Of a DNA stretch of 64,000 nucleotides, positions 31,701 through 41,854 are shown in pieces. A program made the position numbers and the translations under genes. The stretch's first letter is position 1; each line of letters opens with the position of its first letter. The DNA comes from an uncultured delta proteobacterium. Lineage in GTDB: Bacteria; Myxococcota_A; UBA9160; SZUA-336. The DNA lies in the NCBI GenBank assembly GCA_963704165.1, contig CAVPHD010000003.1, positions 384,001-448,000 on the forward strand, written 5' to 3'. Under the pieces are notes generated by a model. That model was not told the origin of the DNA and searched no databases. It saw nothing but the letters and a program-made list of their open reading frames with translations.

Positions 31701-31714
31701 GCTAGATTCCGGCG

Positions 31715-32281
31715 ATGGCGAAGACCTACCCCGAGATCGGCGACCGGCTTCGCGAGTTCATCGCCCGGCAGCACATGTTCTTCGTCGCCAGCGCGCCGAA
31801 CGGCCCGGACGGGCACGTGAACTGCTCGCCGAAGGGACTCGACACCTTCCGGATTCTCGGTCCGAACCGAGTGGCGTACCTCGACTTCGTCGGCAGCGGC
31901 GCCGAGACGATCGCGCACGTCCGACAGAACGGGCGTGTCGTGATCATGTTCTGTGCATTCGAGGGCCCGCCGAACATCGTTCGACTGCACGGACGCGGAG
32001 AGATCGTCGAACCGGGCGACGCCGAGTTCGAAACGCTGCTCGCTCATTTCGATCGAAGGCCGGGCCTCCGCGCGATCGTCTGCGTGGACGTCGCGCGGAT
32101 CAGCGATTCGTGCGGCTATGGCGTGCCGCTCTTCCGCTTCGAGGGCGAGCGCACCCAGATGACGCAATGGGCCGAGCGCAAGAAGGAGGCCGGCCTCGTG
32201 GCCTATCAGCGCGAGAACAACGCGACGAGCCTCGATGGGCTTCCGTCTCTGCGCTGGACCGAGAAGTCCGAGAAGCCATAG
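31715..32281 (+). CDS. Pyridoxamine 5'-phosphate oxidase family protein
   Basis: QHMFFVASAP..HVNCSPKG..YLDFVGSGAETIAH..MFCAFEGPPNIVRLHG..SCGYGVP. Confidence 0.9.
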   Translation: MAKTYPEIGDRLREFIARQHMFFVASAPNGPDGHVNCSPKGLDTFRILGPNRVAYLDFVGSGAETIAHVRQNGRVVIMFCAFEGPPNIVRLHGRGEIVEPGDAEFETLLAHFDRRPGLRAIVCVDVARISDSCGYGVPLFRFEGERTQMTQWAERKKEAGLVAYQRENNATSLDGLPSLRWTEKSEKP

Positions 32282-32317
32282 CCTAGACTCGATCGACCCC
32301 TGCCGAGGAGATCCCCC

Positions 32318-33598
32318 ATGTTCGAGCCGAAGCTTCCGGCGAGCGTCGATGCGATCCGATTCGACGATCCCGAGTTCTGGAACGCCCCGGCCGAGGAGCG
32401 CGAAGGCGCCTTCGCTTTGCTTCGCCGCGAACGTCCGATGTCGTTTCATCAGGAGTTTGCACCGCCGCCGGAGATTCCCCTGCCCCGTGGACCCGGCTAC
32501 TGGGCGGTGACGAAACTGGCCGACGTGCTGACGGCGAGCCGACGCTCGGACCTGTTCTGCTCGGGCAAGGGAATCCAGATTCCCGACCTGCCCCCGGAGC
32601 TCAGCGAGTTCTTCGGCTCGATGATCGCCATGGACGACCCGCGCCACGCGCGGTTGCGGCGGATCGTTTCGCGTGGCTTCACGCCGCGCGCGCTCGCGAG
32701 CTTGCAGCACGACGTCGAGAAGCGAGCCACCGCGTTGATCGACGACGTGATCGACCGGGGAGAGTGCGACTTCGTCCGGAAGATCGCGGCACCGCTTCCG
32801 TTGGGAATCATCTGCGACATGATGGGAATTCCCGAAAGCCAGACGCAGTTCGTCTTCGAGCAGACCAACATCATTCTCGGGCTCGGCGATCCCGAATACG
32901 TGACGCCGGGAACGAATCCCCTGATCGCCGCGCTCGACGCCGGGCGCGGTCTCGCGGAGCTGATGAACGAGATCGCGACGGAGCGCCGCAAGACGCCGAG
33001 GGACGACCTGACCTCGCAGCTTCTGAACGCCGAGATCGACGGCGAGTCGCTGACCGACCAGGAGCTCGCGTCGTTCTTCGTGCTGCTCGTCGCGGCCGGC
33101 AACGAGACGACGCGCAACGCGATCAGCCACGGCATGAAGGCGCTCTCGGATCACCCCGAGCAGCGGCGGAACTGGGCCGCCGACTTCGAGGCACTGGCAC
33201 CGACCGCCGTCGAGGAGATCGTGCGCTGGGCCTCGCCGGTGATCCACTTCCGCCGCACCGCGACGCAGGACACGGAGCTCGGCGGCCAGAAGCTGCGCGA
33301 AGGCGAGAAGATCGTGCTCTGGTACAACTCGGCGAATCGCGACGAGGACGTCTTCGACGAGCCCTTCCGCTTCGACGTCACGCGCACCCCGAACGAGCAC
33401 GTGGGCTTCGGCGGACCGGGCGCTCATCACTGCCTCGGCGCGAACCTCGCGCGCCGCGAGATCACCGTCGTGTTCCGCGAGCTCTTGCGCCGACTTCCGG
33501 ATCTCGAGATCACCGGCGCGCCCGAGATGCTGCGCTCGAACTTCATCCACGGCATCAAGCGCATGCCGTGCCGGTTCACGCCGGGCGGAGCGAACTGA
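32318..33598 (+). CDS. Cytochrome P450 (CYP124/125-like clan)
   Basis: AGNETT (I helix), EEIVR (ExxR), FGGPGAHHCLG (heme Cys). Confidence 0.93.
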   Translation: MFEPKLPASVDAIRFDDPEFWNAPAEEREGAFALLRRERPMSFHQEFAPPPEIPLPRGPGYWAVTKLADVLTASRRSDLFCSGKGIQIPDLPPELSEFFGSMIAMDDPRHARLRRIVSRGFTPRALASLQHDVEKRATALIDDVIDRGECDFVRKIAAPLPLGIICDMMGIPESQTQFVFEQTNIILGLGDPEYVTPGTNPLIAALDAGRGLAELMNEIATERRKTPRDDLTSQLLNAEIDGESLTDQELASFFVLLVAAGNETTRNAISHGMKALSDHPEQRRNWAADFEALAPTAVEEIVRWASPVIHFRRTATQDTELGGQKLREGEKIVLWYNSANRDEDVFDEPFRFDVTRTPNEHVGFGGPGAHHCLGANLARREITVVFRELLRRLPDLEITGAPEMLRSNFIHGIKRMPCRFTPGGAN

Positions 33599-33608
33599 CC
33601 GCCGGAGA

Positions 33609-35084
33609 ATGCGAAAACCAGGACCTCTCGTCGCGGTTCTTCTGGCTTTCCTCTGCGCGCTCGGAACGAGCGCCCGGGCGCAGTCGTACGAGAGCCTCGA
33701 AGGCTCCTGGTGGTTCTCGCTCGGCGGCAAGGACGCGGGCGCGCTGCTGATCGAGCTCAACGAGACGAGCGCCTTCGTCTTCGAGGTCGACGACAGCGCA
33801 CGGACCGGGAATCCGAGCTTCGGCTTCTCGCGCGCGCTCGGCGGGTTCTTCGAGATCGCATCCGGGCAGGAGCTCCGTCTCGATTCGCGGGGCAACGTCG
33901 TCGGTGAGCTCGTGCTGACGGAGCCGGGATTCGGCGACCCGATCGGCACGATCGAATTCCTGCGCGGTCGCCCGAGCGAGCTGCGGACGCGGCTCAAGTC
34001 GAACGGCACGATCGCGGGGGACTCCGTCGGCCCGTTGCGAGTGAAGCTCGACGGCCGGCGTGCGCCGGCGAACTTCGATGTCTTGACCGGACGGGGCACA
34101 GGCGCGCGCATCGGTGGACCCGGCGTGAGCAGCCGCAGCTACGAGCTCGAGGTGCTCACTCACTCCAGCCTCGGCCTTCCCGCCTACAGGTTCGCGGGAG
34201 CGGGGCCCGCCCGCGTCGACAGGGTCGAAGACGAGAACGTCACGCTCGACGGACAGCTCATGCTCGCGCCCAACCAACGCGTCTACGGCCTGCTCGACGA
34301 CTCCTCTCACTTCGGAACCGGCGCGGCGTCGGGAAGGCTTCGAGTTCCCTCGGAGGATGCACCGCCGAAGCTCGACCTCACGATCGACGCGGATCGGCGC
34401 GTGCGCGGCGAGGGATTCCTCACCGAACCGGTCGAGCCGGTCCTCTCCGTCGATCCCCTCGGGCACGACTTCGGCGCCGTCGCGCTCATCGACTCCCGCA
34501 CGCAGGTGTTCCTCGTCGAGAACGTCGGCGTCGGCTTGCTCACGGGCGAGGCGAGCTTCGCGAGCGGCAGCGACGGGGACTTCGCGTTCGAAGCTGACGC
34601 GAGCTACTCGGACCTCGCTCCCGGCGATCCACCCGTCGCGATCACGGTCGTCTTCGCTCCCACCGAGATCGGCGCACGCTCGGCGCAGATCGTCTTCGGC
34701 ACTTCCGGGGGCGCGGGCGCGCGGATCGTCGATCTCGTCGGCGTCGGCGGCGCTCCCCTCCTCGGTGTGGATCCGCTCGCCGGCGAATTCGGAGACGTCG
34801 AGGTCGGGAGCGCTCCCGAGATCGAGTTCACGATCACGAACGACGGGGACGAGACGCTCAGCGGAACCGCGTCGCTTTTGAACGCGACCGACTACACGCT
34901 CCTGCCCTCGGACAGCGAGACCGCGGTCGATTCGATCGACTACGAGATCGAGCCGGGTGCGGACCTCGTCGTCCGCGTGCGCTTTGCCCCGACGGACGAG
35001 GTCCCGCGCATCGGGACCCTCGTTCTCACCGGCGACGGAGGCGCGTCGGTCGAGCTGACGGGGACCGGGATCACCCCACCCTAG
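33609..35084 (+). CDS. Secreted protein with two C-terminal choice-of-anchor D / ASH Ig-like domains
   Basis: Signal peptide; two repeats of ..DFGAV / EFGDV..N.G...L..V.FAPT..G...V.L.G.G. Confidence 0.7.
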   Translation: MRKPGPLVAVLLAFLCALGTSARAQSYESLEGSWWFSLGGKDAGALLIELNETSAFVFEVDDSARTGNPSFGFSRALGGFFEIASGQELRLDSRGNVVGELVLTEPGFGDPIGTIEFLRGRPSELRTRLKSNGTIAGDSVGPLRVKLDGRRAPANFDVLTGRGTGARIGGPGVSSRSYELEVLTHSSLGLPAYRFAGAGPARVDRVEDENVTLDGQLMLAPNQRVYGLLDDSSHFGTGAASGRLRVPSEDAPPKLDLTIDADRRVRGEGFLTEPVEPVLSVDPLGHDFGAVALIDSRTQVFLVENVGVGLLTGEASFASGSDGDFAFEADASYSDLAPGDPPVAITVVFAPTEIGARSAQIVFGTSGGAGARIVDLVGVGGAPLLGVDPLAGEFGDVEVGSAPEIEFTITNDGDETLSGTASLLNATDYTLLPSDSETAVDSIDYEIEPGADLVVRVRFAPTDEVPRIGTLVLTGDGGASVELTGTGITPP

Positions 35085-35353
35085 AGACGCAACTCGAACT
35101 CGCCGCCGAGCCCGGCGCAGGGTTCGTCGCGGACCTCGACGCGCTCGACGCTCGCGTGCGGAGGTCCACGCCGGAAGAACGCGAGCGCCAGCTCGATGCG
35201 CGCGTCGTCGCCCTCGACGACGGCCTCGACGCGGCCATCGGAAAGGTTGCGAACCCAGCCCGAGAGTCCGAGCGAACGCATCTGGGCGTGCGTCGCCCTG
35301 CGGAAGAAGACGCCCTGGACGCGCCCCGACACGATGACGTGTACGCGCCTCAT
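35081..35353 (-). CDS. acyP: Acylphosphatase
   Basis: VSGRVQGVFFR..GWVRNLSDGRVEAV.EG. Confidence 0.93.
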   Translation of the reverse strand: MRRVHVIVSGRVQGVFFRRATHAQMRSLGLSGWVRNLSDGRVEAVVEGDDARIELALAFFRRGPPHASVERVEVRDEPCAGLGGEFELRL

Positions 35354-36384
35354 TCGCCGTCGGGGATCGGTCCCGCCGCGGCGGCGGCCAGCTGCAGGTC
35401 GCGTTCGCGAACGCCCGAGGCGTCGAACTTGCGCGCGCTCGCGGCCATGCGCGTCAGCGCTGCGCCGATCGCCATCGCCGGGCCCGCCTCGGAACGCTTC
35501 AGCTTCACGAAGCGGACCGGATTGATGCGCGCGACCACGAAGGTCCGCAGGTACGCCGATTTGAAGCCGCGTTTCTGGAGCTCGGCGATGATCTGCCTGA
35601 CGCGCGCGTCGATCTCGAGCAGCCGCGCGGCCCAGCCCGCGCGATCGCGCAGCGATACGGTGAGGCTCTTGTCCGAGAAGCGATCCACGCGCCGCAGGAA
35701 CGAGAGATACGCGCCGCCCGCGAAGCGCGACTCGCGCTGGTAGCAGAGTCCGAGCGTCAGGTACGAGGCCAGCTCGAACTCGCTTGCGAACTCGACCTCT
35801 CGCGCGCGCGGCTTCGACTTCGAAAGCGCTTGTGCCATGCGAATCACTTCGAGGCTGCGGTCCTTGGTGTTGTGCGCCTTCTCGGTGTTGAGCGCGAGGA
35901 TCTTGTACGCGAGCGCCTCGTCGTCCGAGATCAGCGCCGTGATCGCGCGCATGCCGAGAAGCTTCGACGCCGCCAGACGATGCCGGCCGTTCGGCGTCCA
36001 GAACCCACCCTCGGTGCCGCGCACGACGATCACCGGATCGAGAAACGCGCCCGCCTCGTCGATCTTCTGTGCGAGCCGCTTCACGTGCGCGGGCGAGAGG
36101 TCGCGCTGGAACGGTGTCGGCTCGACCGCTTCGAGCGGCAGGACCGCGACGAGCAGCGGGTGCGCACCGAGCGGGTCGCGGTACGCGCCGATCACGGCGC
36201 CGCCCGCCTCGCGGACCTGCCCGACGAGCGGCGAAGTCTCGATCGTGCCGAGCGGGACCGGCGCGGCGGAGGCCTCGAGCCCGCGCTTCTGCTTGGCCGG
36301 CGTCAGGCGTTTTCGCGCCGGCCCGCGTCGGGCCTTGGACTTCACCTTCTTCGCACCGGCCTTCGTCGCGGTGGTTCTCGCCAT
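35350..36384 (-). CDS. ParB/Srx N-terminal domain protein (no parA nearby)
   Basis: PTPFQRDLS..FLDPVIV..TPNGRHRL..ILALNTEKAH; basic N-terminal tail. Confidence 0.75.
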   Translation of the reverse strand: MARTTATKAGAKKVKSKARRGPARKRLTPAKQKRGLEASAAPVPLGTIETSPLVGQVREAGGAVIGAYRDPLGAHPLLVAVLPLEAVEPTPFQRDLSPAHVKRLAQKIDEAGAFLDPVIVVRGTEGGFWTPNGRHRLAASKLLGMRAITALISDDEALAYKILALNTEKAHNTKDRSLEVIRMAQALSKSKPRAREVEFASEFELASYLTLGLCYQRESRFAGGAYLSFLRRVDRFSDKSLTVSLRDRAGWAARLLEIDARVRQIIAELQKRGFKSAYLRTFVVARINPVRFVKLKRSEAGPAMAIGAALTRMAASARKFDASGVRERDLQLAAAAAGPIPDGE

Positions 36385-36393
36385 CTCGCCAGT

Positions 36394-37182
36394 CTACTTC
36401 GGCATCTGGGCCTTCAAAAGCGCCAGCGCCGAGAAATGCTCGTCCGCGATCGGCGCCTCGTAGTCCACCGCGTCGACGTACAGGAGAACCTCGCGTCGCT
36501 CGATCGGCTTCCGAAAGCGCATCCGTTTCGGCGTGACCACGCCCTGCACGGCCGCGACCTCGAGTGTCTCGGCGAAGAGAACCACGCGCTCCCCGCGGAG
36601 ATGCTCCGTCCGCATCGGAATGAAGGTCTGCGCGTCGATCCAGGTGCGCCGCGTCTCGAAGCGAGGATTCGAAACACTCGCAGTCTCTTCGAGGAGGTAG
36701 ACGGGACGACCACCGAGCGTCTCCCGGGACATGCCCGATATCTCCGTCGGCGCCGACTGCGCGACTCCGAAACCGAGGAACTCGAGATCGATTCCGTACA
36801 CGTCGTCGTCGGCGATCGACTGGGGCAGGCGGCGAATCCGCTTCATCGCGGGTTGGTACAGGAAGTAGTCGTTCGGACGATCGGTCTGCTCCAGGTAGAT
36901 CAGACCGACGTTTCGCAGATCGGGCGGCGAGTCGAAGCGGATCAGCACGCGCTCCCTTCGCCCGCCCGCGTCGTCGCGATACACGCGCAGGGTCCGCTCC
37001 TCGCGCAGCCCGCCGAGATCCATCTGCATGCGCACCATCGCGGTGAAGTGCCGGTCGGCGAGTCGTTCGTGCCAGCGCGCGGCGACGTCGGCCGACGAGA
37101 GCGGAATCGCATCGTCGGAAGGCGCCGCCCCGGCCGCCGCGCCCAACGTGAAGGCGACGATCAGCCAGGCACGCAGCGTCAC
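36394..37182 (-). CDS. Outer-membrane lipoprotein-sorting (LolA-like) secreted protein
   Basis: Signal peptide; LIRFDSPPDLRNVG..FLYQPAMKRIRRL..WIDAQT..FS. Confidence 0.75.
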   Translation of the reverse strand: MTLRAWLIVAFTLGAAAGAAPSDDAIPLSSADVAARWHERLADRHFTAMVRMQMDLGGLREERTLRVYRDDAGGRRERVLIRFDSPPDLRNVGLIYLEQTDRPNDYFLYQPAMKRIRRLPQSIADDDVYGIDLEFLGFGVAQSAPTEISGMSRETLGGRPVYLLEETASVSNPRFETRRTWIDAQTFIPMRTEHLRGERVVLFAETLEVAAVQGVVTPKRMRFRKPIERREVLLYVDAVDYEAPIADEHFSALALLKAQMPK

Positions 37183-38222
37183 GTCGCGATCTCGAGCGCC
37201 CCCGCGGCGCCGGGCACGAGCTCTCCGATCGACACCGCGCAGGGCGTACCCCGGCGCGTCAGGTCGGCGATCAGCTCCGTCTCTCGCTCGGCCGGCACGG
37301 CGATCAAGAGGCCGCCCGAGGTCTGCGCGTCGCAGAGGATGAGCTTCTCGAAATCCTCGACCCCGGGCGCGAACGTCGCGACCCGCTCGACCCAGGCGAG
37401 ATTGCGCTTCGTGCCGCCGGGAACCTTCCCCGCCCGCGCAAGCACGCGCGCGAAGTCGAGCACCGGCACCGCCGACGTAGAGAGGCGCGCTTCGAGCTTC
37501 GACGCCGACGCCAGATTGTGTAGATGGCCGAGCAGGCCGAAGCCGGTGACGTCGGTCGCCGCGTGCGCGCCCGAACCCATCGCCGCGTTCTTCGCCTCGC
37601 GGTTGAGCGCGCTCATCTGCGAGATCACCCGGGCGACGTCGGCCGGAGCGAGCGTTCCCGCCTTGATCGCCTGCGCGGCGATGCCGGTGCCGATCGGTTT
37701 GGTGAGCACGAGTCGATCGCCCGCGCGCGCGCGCGTCTGCAGGAGCGCCCGCGCCGGGTCGACGGTGCCGATCACCGCCATTCCGTACTTCAGCTCCGGG
37801 TCGAGCACCGTGTGGCCGCCGACGATCGCGCAGCCGGCTTCGGCCGCCTTGTCGCGTCCGCCGCGGAAGATCCGCGCGAGCACGTCCTTCGCGAGCTTGT
37901 CCTCGGGATAGCCGCAGACGACCAGCGCGACCATCGGCTCGCCGCCCATCGAGTACACGTCCGAGATCGAGTTCGCCGCCGCGATCGCGCCGTAGGCCTC
38001 CGGGTCGTCGACGATCGGCGTGATGAAGTCCACGGTGAAGACGAGAGCCGGGCCATTCTCGGGACAGACGAGTGCGGCATCCTCCATGGCTCCGACCTCG
38101 CCGGAGACCCACGGATGATCGAAGGGCGCGAGCCCGCGAAGGACCTGAACCAGGTCCTCAGCGCCGAGCTTGCGGGCTCAACCGCCGCCGGGCACGAGCT
38201 CGGTCAGGCGCACCTCGCTCAT
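37179..38222 (-). CDS. selD: Selenide, water dikinase; selenoprotein (UGA = Sec at codon 15)
   Basis: ATG 38222 reads MSEVRLTELVPGGG-TGA(38180-38178)-ARKL..EDAA in frame with the track ORF; TVDFITP, AAANSISDVYSMGG, GGHT, LTKPIGTG, TDVTGFGLLGH, DAQTSGGLL. Confidence 0.93.
38130..38179 (-). promoter_or_regulatory. Bacterial SECIS element
   Basis: On the mRNA: U-GAGCCCGC ..AGGACCUG-GUU-CAGGUCCU.. GCGGGCUC. An 8-bp lower stem starts within the UGA, and a perfect 8-bp upper stem has a G/U apical loop. Confidence 0.8.
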
Positions 38223-38268
38223 CGCATCTCCTCGTCGCAGTGCAGTGCGGGATGGTAGCGCGCGGCGC

Positions 38269-39270
38269 TCATGGACGAGCGGCGAGCTGGGCGATCCTCG
38301 CGAGACTCTGGCGGTCCCCGATCGCGACCAGGAGGTCGCCCGAGACGATCCGGGTGTTCTCGTCCGGCACGAGCTCGATCCGCGCCTCTCCGCGTTTCAG
38401 ACCGACGATCCGCATGCGCGGCGCGCGCGATTCGAGCTCGCGAACGCTCTCGCCGGCCAGCACGCAGCCCGGAGCGACGCGAACCTCCTCGAGGTTGACC
38501 TCGTCGCCGTAGCCGGGGCGCGAGATCTCGAGGAAGTCGACGACCGCGGGGCGCAGGATCGCATTGGCCATGCGCGTGCCACCCATGTGGTACGCGGAGA
38601 CCGCCTGGTGCGCGCCGGCCTGTTCGAGCCGTCGCAGCGCGGTGTCACTCTCGCCGCGCGCGTGGATTCGAACTCTGGGATTGAGCTCGCGCGCCGAGAG
38701 CGTGATGAAGACGTTGTCCGAATCCGATGCCGTGCCGACGACGATCGCGCGAGCGCGCACGATGCCAGCGCGCAGCAGTACGTCGTCGGATGCGGCGGAG
38801 CCGATCACGTACGCTTGACTCGAGGACCGCAGCTCCGGCTCGCGCATCGCGTCCCGCTCGACGATCACGAGCGGAACGCCATTTCGCTGGAGTTCATCCG
38901 CGACCACGTGGCCGAGCCTTCCGTAACCGCAGACGATGACGTGGTTCTCGAGCTCTGCGATCCGCTTGTCCATGGCTCTCCTCGTGAACAGATCGCGCAG
39001 GCTGGTTTCGACCAGCGCCTGGGCGATCTGCGTGAACATGTAGGCGGCCGTCGTGGCCGCGCACAAGATCAGGACGATCGTGAAGATCCGCCCGGAGTCG
39101 TGCATCGGTCGGACTTCCCCATAGCCGACGGTCGAGACGGTGATCACCGTCATGTACAGCGCGTCGAGAAGATCGAGCCCCTCGATCCACATGTACCCGA
39201 CGGTGCCGACGGTGGTGATCGCGAGCAGGATGACGATGGCGAGCGCGGCCCTTCGCGGCGCGCTGCTCAT
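38269..39270 (-). CDS. Potassium channel with RCK (TrkA-N/C) domains
   Basis: TVSTVGYGE selectivity filter, ICGYGRLG-type Rossmann motif. Confidence 0.92.
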   Translation of the reverse strand: MSSAPRRAALAIVILLAITTVGTVGYMWIEGLDLLDALYMTVITVSTVGYGEVRPMHDSGRIFTIVLILCAATTAAYMFTQIAQALVETSLRDLFTRRAMDKRIAELENHVIVCGYGRLGHVVADELQRNGVPLVIVERDAMREPELRSSSQAYVIGSAASDDVLLRAGIVRARAIVVGTASDSDNVFITLSARELNPRVRIHARGESDTALRRLEQAGAHQAVSAYHMGGTRMANAILRPAVVDFLEISRPGYGDEVNLEEVRVAPGCVLAGESVRELESRAPRMRIVGLKRGEARIELVPDENTRIVSGDLLVAIGDRQSLARIAQLAARP

Positions 39271-40664
39271 GCGAGCGAGACCCGTTCGAAGAGACGCGGC
39301 ACGACCGCCGTGTAGCGGAGCTCGCTGCGGATCGCGCTCGCGAGCGCCTCGGATGCCGCGGGCTCGCCGTGCGCGACGAACACCGTCTGCGGCTCGCGGC
39401 CGAAGGTGCGCAGCCAGGTCAGGATCTCGGCCTGATCGGCGTGCGCGGAGAAGCCGTCGAGCGTTCGCACCTCGGCGCGTACGCCGATGTACCGCCCATG
39501 GATCTTGACCGTGTTCGCGCCGCTCGCGAGCGTGCGCGCGCGCGTTCCTTCGGCCTGGAAACCCACGAGCAGGACCGTGTCGCGCGGCTCCGGCAGGCGG
39601 TGCACCAGGTGGTGGAGCACCCGGCCACCCGTCGCCATCCCGCTCGCGGACACGATCACGCACGGAAAGCGACAGGCGTTGATCGCGCGCGATTCGTCCG
39701 GCGTCGCCGCGATCCGCAGACTCCCGGCGTCGAACGGATCCTCACCGCGCTCGATCAGGGCGCGGACATCCGTGTCGAAGAGTTCGGGATGCGCGCGGTA
39801 GATCGAGAGTCCCCGCAACGCGAGCGGGCTGTCGACGAAGACCGGCACGTTCGGAAGCTCACCGGACTTGATCAGCTCGCGAATCGCGAAGAGCAGACCG
39901 GGCGTGCGGTCGATCGCGAACGCGGGCACGAGCACCGAGCCGCCGCGTTTGAACGTGGCCTTCAAGATGCGCGCGAGTTCCGCGAGCACCTCGTCCCGGG
40001 GCGGGTGAACGCTGTCGCCGTAGGTCGATTCGACGACGATCGTGTCGGCGCCCTCGGGATAGCCCTCGGGAGGGTGGTGAAGGGGCGGATCGGCCCGGCC
40101 GAGATCGCCGGAGAAGACGACCGTGTGCGGGCGCTCGCCGCGGATCGTGAGCTCGACGGTCGCCGACCCGAGGATGTGGCCGGCATTCCGCAGTCGGAAA
40201 GAGATCTCGGGTCCGATCTCGACCGCGCGCTCGAGCGGCAATGGCCGGAAGAGCTTCTGCGTCGCGCGCGCGTCCTCGCCGTCGAAGAGCGGCAGCGCGG
40301 GACTGTGCTTCGAGAAGCCTTTGCGGTTCGCGTACTCGGCGTCCTCTTCCTGCAGGTGCGCGGCGTCGGCCAGCATGATCTCGGCCAGATCGACCGTCGC
40401 TGCGGTGGCGTAGATCGGCCCGGAAAATCCCTCGCGAACCAGACGCGGCAGATAGCCGATGTGATCGATGTGCGCGTGCGTGACGATGACCGCGTCGATC
40501 GAATCGATCGCGACACCGAGCGGCTCCCAGTTGCGCAGGCGCAGTGCCTTGAGCCCCTGGAAGAGCCCGCAGTCCACCAGCACGCACCGGCCCCCTGCGC
40601 GCACGAGAAAGCGGCTTCCGGTGACGGTGCCGACGGCGCCGAGGAACGAGAGGCTCGCGCTCAT
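39267..40664 (-). CDS. MBL-fold beta-CASP ribonuclease (TTHA0252/YSH1-like)
   Basis: FLGAVGTVTGS, THAHIDH, AGHILGS, FSGDLG, ESTYG, SASGM, GFSAHAD, HGE. Confidence 0.92.
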   Translation of the reverse strand: MSASLSFLGAVGTVTGSRFLVRAGGRCVLVDCGLFQGLKALRLRNWEPLGVAIDSIDAVIVTHAHIDHIGYLPRLVREGFSGPIYATAATVDLAEIMLADAAHLQEEDAEYANRKGFSKHSPALPLFDGEDARATQKLFRPLPLERAVEIGPEISFRLRNAGHILGSATVELTIRGERPHTVVFSGDLGRADPPLHHPPEGYPEGADTIVVESTYGDSVHPPRDEVLAELARILKATFKRGGSVLVPAFAIDRTPGLLFAIRELIKSGELPNVPVFVDSPLALRGLSIYRAHPELFDTDVRALIERGEDPFDAGSLRIAATPDESRAINACRFPCVIVSASGMATGGRVLHHLVHRLPEPRDTVLLVGFQAEGTRARTLASGANTVKIHGRYIGVRAEVRTLDGFSAHADQAEILTWLRTFGREPQTVFVAHGEPAASEALASAIRSELRYTAVVPRLFERVSLA

Positions 40665-41854
40665 GCCCGGACCGCGTCCCGTGTGCGCGCATCGCCGAGC
40701 ATGAGTCCGGCCTGGAGAAGACCGAGCAAGCGCTCTCGCGTCAGCGCTCCGACCAGCCGCCCGTTCTCGAGCACCGGCAGCTGATTCACGTTCGAAGCCG
40801 CGAGCCGCTGCATGCCGACGAGCGCCGAATCGCCGAGCGACACGGACGTCGCGCGCTCGACCGGCAGCATCACCGATTCGACGCTCGTTCCTTCGCGGCG
40901 CTCCGGCGACACGCCCGCGAGCTCTCGGAGCGTCACGATCCCGAGCAGGCGCTCGCTCGCACGATCGACGACCCAGAGCGTTCGCAATCCCGAGCGCAGG
41001 ATCTGCGCGGAGAGCAGCTCTGCGACGGTCGCATCGGCCGACACCATGGCGTGTTGGACGGGCTCGAGCACGTCGCGAACCGAGACCGCACCGAGAATCC
41101 GCTCGACCTCCATCGCGCCCACCGCGCTGCGCGAGGCCGAGAGCAGGAACCAGCCCAGGAAGACCAACCAGAGTCCGCCGACCCAATCGCGCGCCGCGAA
41201 GACCACGGCCACGCCGGCGAGCATGAGCAGCGCGGCGATGCCCGATCCGGACGCGGAGGCGATCCGGGTCGCGCGCGCGAAGCTCCCCGTCGCCGCCCAG
41301 ACTACGCCGCGGAGCACGCGTCCACCGTCGAGCGGAAACCCCGGAGCCAGGTTGAAGATGGCGAGCGCGAAATTCACGCGGCCGAGCCAGAGCAACCCAT
41401 CGCGGGCGAGCGTCGGCTCGCTCGCCGCACCGGCGAGCGAGCTGAAGAGAGCGCCGAGCGCGAAGCTCATCGCCGGTCCCGCGAGAGCGATGCCGATCTC
41501 GTGGATGGGCTTCTTCGGCTCGTTCTCGAGCTGCGCCACCCCGCCGAAAAGGAAGAGCGTGATCGAGCGAACGCGGATCCCGAGCGCCTGCGCGACCAGA
41601 CTGTGACCGAGCTCGTGCAGCACGATCGAGGCGAAGAACGCGCAGGCGACCACGCCCGCGGTCAGCCAGCGCGATGCCGCATCCGGCTCGGCCTGGGATT
41701 CGGCGAGCTGTGCGGAGACGGCCATCGTGATCAGCAGGAAGATCAGGATCCAGCTCTGATCGACCGCGATGTCGATTCCCGACACGCGCGCGATCCGCCA
41801 CGAACTCCCACCCATGATCCCGCGCGAGCGTGCCGGTCCGATCGCCTTCGCCAC
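40661..41854 (-). CDS. Site-2 protease (M50) with CBS pair
   Basis: HELGH, LFLFGG, ALAGP, FNLAPGFPLDGGR; C-terminal CBS domains. Confidence 0.92.
   Translation of the reverse strand: MAKAIGPARSRGIMGGSSWRIARVSGIDIAVDQSWILIFLLITMAVSAQLAESQAEPDAASRWLTAGVVACAFFASIVLHELGHSLVAQALGIRVRSITLFLFGGVAQLENEPKKPIHEIGIALAGPAMSFALGALFSSLAGAASEPTLARDGLLWLGRVNFALAIFNLAPGFPLDGGRVLRGVVWAATGSFARATRIASASGSGIAALLMLAGVAVVFAARDWVGGLWLVFLGWFLLSASRSAVGAMEVERILGAVSVRDVLEPVQHAMVSADATVAELLSAQILRSGLRTLWVVDRASERLLGIVTLRELAGVSPERREGTSVESVMLPVERATSVSLGDSALVGMQRLAASNVNQLPVLENGRLVGALTRERLLGLLQAGLMLGDARTRDAVRA

Noticed and set aside
35350..36384. Chromosome partition locus (parABS)
   Set aside because: No parA is adjacent and no parS palindrome was noticed.
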